From NCBI GenBank assembly GCA_013239625.1, contig MU053873.1, positions 386,524 to 446,523 on the forward strand: DNA of 60,000 nt, written 5' to 3'. Position numbers and translations under genes: made by a program. The stretch comes from Lama guanicoe. Lineage: Eukaryota. The notes beneath the pieces were generated by a model that worked only from the letters and a program-made list of their open reading frames with translations, ran no database searches and was not told the origin of the DNA. Shown piece by piece: positions 50,902-60,000 of this stretch; position 1 is the stretch's first letter; each line of letters starts with the position of its first letter.

Positions 50902-52280
50902 TTTTTTTTTTTAGCTTTATTAAAATATAACTTAGATATAACAAACCACATATTTAAAGTGTATTTTTTCAGAGTTTTTTTTAACCATAGTAAAATATAT
51001 ACAATATTTACAATAACCATGGTAAAATATACACAATATTTACAATTTTAACTATTTTAAGTGTACTATTCTTCAGCCTTAAGAATATCACATTGTTGTG
51101 CAACCATCACCACTATCCATTTCCAGAACTTTTTCATCATCCCAAGCATCTTTTAAGGCCAAATAATACACTTCATTGTATGTACAGTAGGCCCTACATA
51201 TCAAGTCCCCCATCAGCAGATTCAATCAACTGCAGGTTGAAAATATTCATGTGGAAAAAAATTCCAGGACATTTCAAAAAGCAAAACTTAAGTTCGCCAC
51301 CTGCCAGCAACTATCTACATAGCATTTAGGTTGTATTTACATAGCATTTACTTATAATACCTAATACAATGTAATCTAAAGATCATTTAAAGTATACCAG
51401 AGAACGTGTGTAGGTTATATGCAAATCTATGCTGTTTCATATAAGGAACCTGAGCATCTTCTGATTTTGGTATCCGCCAGGGGGTCCTGGATCCAATCCT
51501 CTGTGGATACGGAGGGATGACTATCATATATATCATACTTTGTTTATACATTCATCCACTGATGGACATTTAGGTTATTGCTACCTCTTAGCTACTGTGA
51601 ATAGTGCTGCTATGAACATTGGTGTACAAACATTTTTTTTTAAAAAGAAACAAACATCCCTGGTTTCACTTCTTTTGGGTAGATACCTAAGGAGTGGAAC
51701 TGTTGGATCATATGGGATTCTATAAACATAGAATTTCTTTTAAGAACCACCACCACATTGTGTTCTGTACACAGCTGTACCATTTTATATTTCTATCAGC
51801 AATGCACTATGATTCTAATTTCTCCATATCCTCATCAACACTGTTCCACTTTTTTTATGATAGACATCCTATGGGTGTGAAGTGGTATCTCATAGTTCTG
51901 ATTTGCATTTATTTCCCTAGTGACTAGTGATGCTGACTTCTTTTCATGTGCTTGCTTACTGGCCATCTGTATAACTTGTTTGAAGAACTGTCTATTCAAG
52001 TTCTTTGTCCATTTTTCGCTGGGTTGTTTTCTGGTATTGAGCTGTGGTTCTTTATACATTCTAGATATTAATCATTTATCAGACATATGATTCAAATATA
52101 TTCTCCCATTCTTTGGGCTGCCTTTTCACTCTCTTGATATTGTACTCTATTCTTTCATTGCCTGTGCTTTTGATGTCATATCTGAGAATCAGTGCCAAAT
52201 GCAACATCATGAAACTTACCCCCTAGGTTTTCTTCCAAGAGCATTACAGTTTTAACTCATAGGATTAAATTTCTGATCCT
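50902..52280 (-). mobile_element. Old L1 (L1MA/L1MB-like) 3' region interrupted by MER2
   Basis: cattcatccactgatggacatttaggtt...gtgaagtggtatctcatagttctgatttgcatt, reverse L1 ORF2 end. Confidence 0.85.
51185..51523 (+). mobile_element. MER2-family (Tigger-derived) MITE
   Basis: ta|cagtaggccctacatatc...gattcaatcaactgcagg...ggggtcctggatccaatcctctgtggatacggagggatgac. Confidence 0.85.
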
Positions 52281-52639
52281 CAATTACCCAGATAATTTTA
52301 AAAGCACAAATTATCATGCTTTCAAATAGACTTTTTCCAAGTTTAAGTGTTATGTGAGACTTAACAGAATCTATATGCTATAGAAATAGTCACATATACA
52401 ACACATTAATTCATGCTGCTTATAATTTTTAAATAACAGGAAATAGACTAATTTTTAAATAGGAAATATCCATACAATGGGAATATTATGCCTTTCAAAG
52501 CACAGGAGCTGGGTGAGTAACCCAGTTTAACCAAGTCATAGCCTGTTCCCTCAACCACATGATGCAAGGGAGAACCAATGAGAATCCTTCTCTACTAGAA
52601 TCAGTTCCCTCACTGTGCACTGAGTCACCCACAGTAAAT

Positions 52640-53086
52640 TCACAGGAGCATTACAGGACTAAGTTTTTTAGGGAAACACTGCAATAATTGACATCAAGGA
52701 ACCACACAAACAACTGAGGTCATTCGTAATTTCAACATTAACTCACAAAACATTCCTTTCAATGACATCATTTCTTTAGGAAGCGGTTTTAGCAGTTGCC
52801 ATGATTTAAAAAAAAAAAATACAAGCACCATGTAAAAATCAATGTGGAACAGGAAACAGAGGTGGAATGCCTGATCTGATTCTAAGACTTAAGAAGCTGT
52901 GTAGTACCCAATAGGCACACATACGGAAATTAAAACCTTTCAAATCACATGTACAATTTTTCAAATAACTAAATTACTAGGAAATAAATACTTAAGTTGT
53001 TTGGCCCTAACCACTTAATAAATGGAACCATTAGCTATTTCTTTTGGCCTACAGGTACCATGGAAATTATAACTGAGACACTAAGA
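52640..53086. mobile_element. hAT-type DNA transposon remnant, apparently between two MLT1/MaLR-like LTR pieces (about 52500-52600 and 53087-53325)
   Basis: aaaaatcaatgtggaacaggaaa...aagttgtttgg...ttcttttggcct resembles ancient hAT elements; flanks resemble an MLT1 LTR; family names uncertain. Confidence 0.45.
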
Positions 53087-55849
53087 CCTTGGACTGTGCA
53101 GCCATGAGAAACCTGAGAGAATCACACCTATGCTCAGAGAGATGCAAAGCTAGAACACTTGACAATGAGTCCCCACTTAAAATCTTCAAAGTCATTAAGC
53201 TGCCTGCTATGGTTCAATTATGTGAAGCTGCTCCAGTGCCTGTCAATAAAGCCACATCACCTTCTCTTGTTGGTTTGTTTAACCTCTAATTTAGTTTCTA
53301 TCACCAGTAACCAAGTGTCCTGAATAAAAAAGTTGGGTGATTCAATCAGCCTGGTTTCCTTAATAAAATCATTATTGAATGATGTATATCATGGTGTTGT
53401 TTTGTTTTGGTCTTTCACATAATCAGGGCATTACTGTAACTCAAATATAAATCATTCTGTTTACCATTTCCTTTATCAATCCAACACAGAATATTGCAAT
53501 ACTTAAACAAAATTTAAAGTTGTAGATTTCTTATTGACAAAAATACTCATTTTCATAACGTAGTAATACAAACAATACCATATTTTTTCTTTCACACTAA
53601 CACTAGAAATTAGACAATTTCTAAGTTATCAAACTTTTACACTCAAAAACTACAGCTTCAAAGAAAAATAAGTGTAACATTCAATTTTATGAATTTTAAA
53701 AGGCAAATATTTTCTTAAAAAATACTTAAACATTTCCAGAAATAAATTAATGTGGATCTCACATTCACTTTATGAAGAAGTGTGCCTTAAATATAAATCA
53801 AAGATAGCAGCGATTTTAGCAATGAGGACTATTTACAGTTCATTCATTGTACTGATGACTGAAATAAAAATCTATTTAACAAAGATAAAAGTAAACATTT
53901 CTAAAAGTGAGAAAAGCTTAAATAAGAAATATACCAACTGAAAATGGCAATTACAGCTAATTTTTATGTTCTGTGATAAAGAGATTACATAGATCTACTA
54001 TAAAGTTTTATCACAAAGGAAATAACTAATCAGCTGGCCAACATTCAACAGTTCTACCACTAACAGAGTATTCTGTTTTTGTCACACTAGCTAAAGATCC
54101 TAACAATGAGCTTGCTCCTCAATGTCACTTTACTACCATCTAAACAATCTACCATCTTGTTTCCCCAGGGAATCCATATTCATTTTCATCCTATGTATTC
54201 GTATCATTTGTCCTCATAAAAACCTAGATTTGTTGTATTAATCTTAGATTATACACACATACACAACACTGAGCCCTAATCTGTAACATGAAGTACAAAT
54301 TTTTTCCGAGATAACTTCCCTTTTGGCCCCATGTATATTTTCCCTAGTCAAATGTTTATTTTCATGTAGCACTGCTTAATAATTATCTATTCAATATTAC
54401 TGAAGTATGTTTCAATAACATTTAAAGTGCCTCTTTTACCAACTCAACTCTGACATGATGAGACTGCCTAAAATTTCCAGAGTAAAGTATAAGGTCTGAA
54501 GTTTCTAAAAGCCTGAATGAATATCTAAGATTGTCATTAACATGCAACTGAATTAAACCTCCCCAAGAGATTTTAGACCATGAAGTCTACTGAGTTGTCT
54601 CAATTCCTAGAGGCCTACAGACGAAAGGCAGAGAGAAATAGATTAAATGTTTATTTAGGAAATAAACAGAAAGGTACAGATAGAACTCAATAATCTGGTT
54701 ATATTTAAAGTAAAGCCATTGAGGTTTCCAACACCCCACTGGTGTTGGAAGAATAAGGAGGAATGGAAGCAGAGGATGAAAGAAGGGAAAAGGTCTCGTG
54801 GGGATAACATGTAAAAAAATCAAGTGATCTTTACACCATGGTACCTATGCATGATGCCTATAAAGTTAATTGTGTCTCCTTCCCAATGAGAAATACGTTA
54901 GCTCCTTGTTTACCTAGTACATGTCTGATTTTAATATTTCCCATACATTCAAATCAGTTACTACAGGAACATTTTCTAAAATGTTTAACCTTAATGTTTT
55001 GGCAATGTTATTTTTTAAATTATTCCTTTTTTCACCCAATGGGCAAATCCAAGAGCCACTCCAGATTTCTTTAAAATTCTAGTTTCATCTTCCATTTTCA
55101 TCCAACCCTGAACAGAGCTAGTATTTTTTAAAATACGTTATAAAATATTTCAGATTATCACTGAAATGAAAAGGCAGTTTCAAGTGGGTTCAAAGTTTGT
55201 CCAGGATCCTTCATCCTCAGTTTTCTTTTCAGCACTGTTGCATGTTTCTCCTACTTCCACTCTTTATTCTAATGCTTCTCAACCTAGCAAAAGAAGGATC
55301 AAGCCTTTCAGTTCACTATAAAACAGGAGTATATTAGATAAACTAAAGCAGCTTACATCCCAAAAAAGCATTTGACAAATTTCACAAATTTCACATAGCA
55401 TTTTAAAGTTATACCTTGACTTCTAACACATCACTTAACATTGCATCCCTGACCACAGTCTATTCTATAATCCAAGAAAACTCCTCAAAGTCTACCTATT
55501 TAATACCAATTTTTAGCTGGGAGGAATGCAAACACAAAATCTTATCATAGAATCCTAAGCAGAAAACCCAAATAAAAGTCACAACACTTCCAGCAACACC
55601 AAGTAATTCAAATCACCAGTTCTGCTGAAGACAACTTTAAAAGCTGGATAAAATATTTAAAATTCTCTTAAAACCAAAGACCTAAAAGGACATTGAGCTA
55701 TTATCAAAATCAATTTCCTGAGATATGAATGACTGAAATTCAGAGAGTTGAGTCCAATACTTGGGTTGGCATCTGCCATTGGGTATTTGCCAAAACTGAA
55801 GAGAAACTGAGCTAAATCTTCTCCCAGTAGCCCCCAAACTTAAAAATCC

Positions 55850-58460
55850 AACTACACACTGTTAGAAACACATCTGAAAATCTAAGGAAACAAAAAATTT
55901 CTATTTTGAAGATAGATGCCAAGCAAATATTAACAAAGAAAACTGGTTTGGCTATACTTCCACGGAACAAAAGAGTTTAAGTCAAGAAGCATTACCAGAA
56001 ATAGAACCTTTCTTTATGACAAAATGTTCAAATTAAGAAAACAATGATTCTGTCATATGAACCTAGTAATATTTACATATAGAAATATACAAAATAAAGG
56101 ACTACAAGATTTAGCAAGATTGCAGGTTAGGAAAATTAACATAAAATGGGAAATAAAATTAGAAAAAAGAGACAATATATATAACAGCATCCAAAAAAAG
56201 CATCTAGGACTAAATTCAACAAAGATGTGCAAAACCTCTATGGAAAAAAATGAGGAGGTGCTAAAAAAAAAAAAAAAGACATTAAAGATCACCAAAATAA
56301 GTTACAAAGTCTGTAAATTATCAATTCTCTCAATTTGAATTGATGATCCAATAAAATTCCAATCAAAGTATTAGCAGGGTGTGTTTTTTTATTTTTGGAT
56401 GAGATGGTGAAATGATAAAAACAAAAGCTCAAGAATAGCTAAAATGCTCTTGAAATGGAGAGAGTAATAATTAAGGTGTGAACATTTAGTAAAACATTAC
56501 CAAGATTAGACCATATTAAAGACGATGTGGTACAAAGACCAACAGTACAGAACAAGGAGCCAAGAAACATCCACATATAAATGAACACTTGATTTATGAA
56601 AAAAAGAGGTAATATAGAACAGCAGGAAAAGGAATGGCCTTTCAATAAAGTGTCCTGGGACAACTGATATCCACATGGGAACAAAAACAGGCCCCTACTT
56701 CATACATAAGCTACACCAAGTGAGTTACTGGTGTAATTGTGAAAGGCAAAAGTATAAATCTTTTTTAAAATGTCTAAGAAAATATTTTAATGACCTCTAG
56801 GTATGAAAAGATTTTTTAAATAAGACGTAAAAATAACCATAAAGGAAAAACACTAGACAACTCTGATTACATTAACGAATTTCTAGTTTCTTTTGTATAG
56901 TACTGGGAACTATGTTCAATATCTTGTAATAACCTTTAACAGAAAAAATATGAAAATATGTGCGTGTATATGCAAGACTGGGACACTGTTGTACACCAGA
57001 AACTGACACATTGTAATTGACCATACTTCAATTAAAAAAAGAATTTCTATTAATCAAAACATCATAAAGACACTGAAAACAAAGGTAAATAAATGGAAAA
57101 AATATTTGCTGTAACTTAACCTACAGGGTATCCAGAATATATAAAAACTACAAGTTAGTATTCAAAAAAAAAAAGGACAAATAATCCAACAGGAAAATGG
57201 ATAAAAGACTTAAATAGGCAATTGAAGAAATCCAAATGGCCAATAAACATAGGCAAAGATGGTCAAACCCAATTATCAGAGAAGTTCAAATTAGAACCAC
57301 AAGATACTACTCAACACCACCTTTCAGGTTTCAAAAACTGAAAACACTGACAGTATCAAGTGTTGAGGATGTGGAGCAACAGAACTCTCATTCACTACTA
57401 ATGGAAATGTGAATTGATAAACCACTTTGGAAAGCAAAATAGTATTAAAGTTGAAGATATATGTATCCAGTCGCCTGGCAATTGTGCTCCTAGGTATACA
57501 CCCTAGAATGCAGATACTGAACCAAAATGTTTAAGAATATTCACAGCAGCATTGCTCCTAGGAGTCCAAAAATAGTAACATCCCAAATATCCAGAAACAA
57601 TAAAATGGATAATTTGTGATACATCTGTACACTGTAACAGCAATAAAAATGAACTAGATCAACAAACACCACATGGAATGTGCAAGAGAAACAAGATAGA
57701 AAATAGGTACAGTATGATTCTATTCAAAAACAAGGAAAACTAAACTGTTTATTAATGTATACATAGGTAGCAATACAAATAAAAGCCAGACAGTAATTAC
57801 CATAAAGGCCAGGAGAGTGGTTAGTTATCTCTAAGGAAGGAAAGGGATATGTATTAGAAGGAACAGAACTGGGCAGTTTTTTGTGGTGCCAATGCTCTAT
57901 TTCTTGACCTAGGTGGTAGTGACATTCACTTTATAATCATTCATTATACTGTACATTTGCATCTCATGCACTTCGTGTGTTATATTTCACTACAAAAAGT
58001 GTTCAAAAAGACAAATCAAAAACAAAAAATTTAACGGGCTGAAGGTTTTAATAGAAACATCATAAAAGATATAGAAACACATTAAAAATGTGCATCAGTC
58101 ATCAGCAAAATGCAAAGACCAACAATTCTACTCCTTGGTACTAACCCAAGAGAAGTGATAACAAGTGAGCACGAAAAGGCTTGGACATAAATGTTCACAG
58201 CAGCTTTATTCATAATAGCTCCAAACTGGAAAGAACTCATAATGTTCAGTAACAGGTGATCAGATAAACTACAGTGTATTTCTACAATGGAATACTACTT
58301 GGCCATAAATGAACTATTGATAATCCCAACAACATGGACAAATCTCAAAAGCATTATGTTGGCTCAAAGCAAGTTACAAAGAATACTGTGTGATTCCATT
58401 TAAAAGAAGTTCAAAAACAGACAAAACTCACAGCAATAGAAACAAGAAAAGTAGTTTGGG
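55850..58460 (+). mobile_element. Degraded old L1 ORF2/3'UTR segments with a nested young L1 tip (56886-57040)
   Basis: gtgtcctgggacaactgatatccacatggg, tccaaatggccaataaacat, caagtgttgaggatgtggagcaac; nested tip flanked by gaatttcta (56877-56885 and 57041-57049). Confidence 0.75.
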
Positions 58461-58823
58461 CAGAGTGAGAAGGTGAAATAACTACGTTACATGATGGCTT
58501 TAGCCAGTTACCGTGCACGTTTTGTCAAGAAAATTGTCTAACCACTCACTAGCCTGCTGGCAACAAGCAACAATTAAAAAAAAAAAAAAGAAATGTTGGA
58601 TCTTAGAGAATGTTCCAATTTCCTACTTGGAAGAAAAAGGGGGTTCTAGCTTCAGCTCCCACCAAATTTCTCACTTGTTATAAATACAGTATATATTATT
58701 AAATAGTATAGCTGCCATCTCAAAGTCCAAATCAACTAATTCTTCTGTATAGAATAGTCAAGTAATACTTCCATACACCCAGTCATCCAGAATAACATCT
58801 ATCTTGAAATTTTTAAGTAGTTT

Positions 58824-59231
58824 TGTAATAGGAAAGAAACCTTGTATTCTATTACCAAGTAATTACTAAAAGGACGCTGCCTATAAGTTTAAATTATACA
58901 TAATGCCCCATCTCCCGGAATGCTGCCTCCCAGGTAATGAGTGTTAAGCTAGAATAGCTTTGTTTTGGTCACAGGAACCATTCTCACCAGACCCACCTAT
59001 GAATGGCTGCAGGAGGGAAGAAATTCTGGCTGGAACCAGGCCTTTACCCCTTCCCCTCTATATGATAGTATGAAAGAAGCCTAAATTCTCACTCCAAAAA
59101 TATGATTCTTTGAGACCACCATCTTTTAGGTCTGCTAGCTTTCCAAATAAAGGCACTATTCCTCACCCCAATGACTCATCTCTTGATTTACTGGCCTGTC
59201 ATACAAGCAACAGGAGACTGGACTTCTAACA
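58824..59231 (+). mobile_element. Solo ERV1-class LTR
   Basis: TG...CA termini (tgtaata...ctaaca), 4-bp TSD gttt on both sides, AATAAA near 59146. Confidence 0.75.
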
Positions 59232-59705
59232 GTTTCATTAGAAAATGTTATCTTTAAAATTTAAGGCTCCATTTAGCTCATTAGGAAAATCAGCACATGG
59301 CTTTTGCTAAACGTAATTTTAGCAAACCTCAATTAGCATGCCTCAGAAGGTTTATGAGGTTATCTCAAGAGTGACTTTAAAGCACAACTCAGGATCACCA
59401 ATTTCAAGTCTAATCTCTGTAAGACTTCCTGTCTGAGTAAAATAAAACAATCAGCTCCAGTAAAGTCCCTTTCCCATCTTTCGATGCATAGTGGTTTTTG
59501 TTTATTTTATTTAAACCTATAACAGTCTGAACTATGACACTCCCTAACCAGATATTAAGTTAGAAAGTAAAACTAATGTAAACCAGTTTAAGAATGTTTT
59601 AAATTCCATATAGACAAATAAAGACAGTAAAAGATACAATTTATGCATCAAAATTAGAAAATGTAGTTTTTCTAAGTCATCTGTTGAAGAACTGAACACA
59701 TTAAC

Positions 59706-59842
59706 CAGGACAGAGCAGCTTCATGGATATGCAACTTGTAAAGTCACACAGGGTTCCACTCTTGGTTTTATGCTCTGCTGCAGCCATTCTGAAATTCTTA
59801 ATTTTTGAAAATGAGACCCTGACAACTACAAAGCCGGTCCTG
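59706..59842. mobile_element. Short hAT-Tip100-like (MER91-like) element
   Basis: caggacagagcagcttcatgg...gaaattcttaatttttgaa...gccggtcctg with CAGG...CCTG ends. Confidence 0.5.
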
Positions 59843-60000
59843 AGCTAGGATTCTCTGGGAAAAAAGGAAAAAAATTTACAAACACCACTTCCCTAATGAC
59901 CAAGAAAAATTTACTTCTGGACTCACAAATCAATACACATCTTTTCTCCTTAGTACGACCAGAAGTGCATTTATGGTTCTAAATTAGAGACTCGGGTTTC

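Noticed and set aside
34811..60000. Searched for an MTMR3 promoter, CpG island or first exon
   Set aside because: The sequence is AT-rich and CpG-poor throughout; exon 1 is probably beyond the right edge

Overview
Mammalian genomic DNA, most likely a camelid (four tRNA-derived SINEs of the camelid vic-1 type plus young artiodactyl-type L1 3' ends). The whole window lies inside the MTMR3 gene (myotubularin-related protein 3) on the minus strand. It holds two 5'-UTR exons (34757-34810 and 31118-31202, the latter ending in the ATG) and six coding exons (23380-23469, 22845-22961, 15637-15719, 13464-13630, 7157-7253, 4585-4698). These splice in frame with canonical GT-AG sites into MDEETRHSLECIQANQ...WKRIPAVVYR (671 coding nt: PH-GRAM region and start of the phosphatase domain). 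Exon 1 lies beyond the right edge and the remaining exons beyond the left edge. Most other sequence is intronic repeat: L1, L2, MIR, SINE, hAT/Tigger DNA elements and LTRs. The most notable unexplained signal is a chain of repeat-free, splice-site-bounded segments on the plus strand, antisense to MTMR3 and interleaved with its exons (about 3.2-7.0 kb, possibly 2-20 kb). Their disrupted translations give, in the right order, motifs resembling DH, PH and SH3 domains, suggesting a decayed, nested Dbl-family RhoGEF gene. This rests on manual translation and recalled consensus motifs and needs a frameshift-aware homology search.
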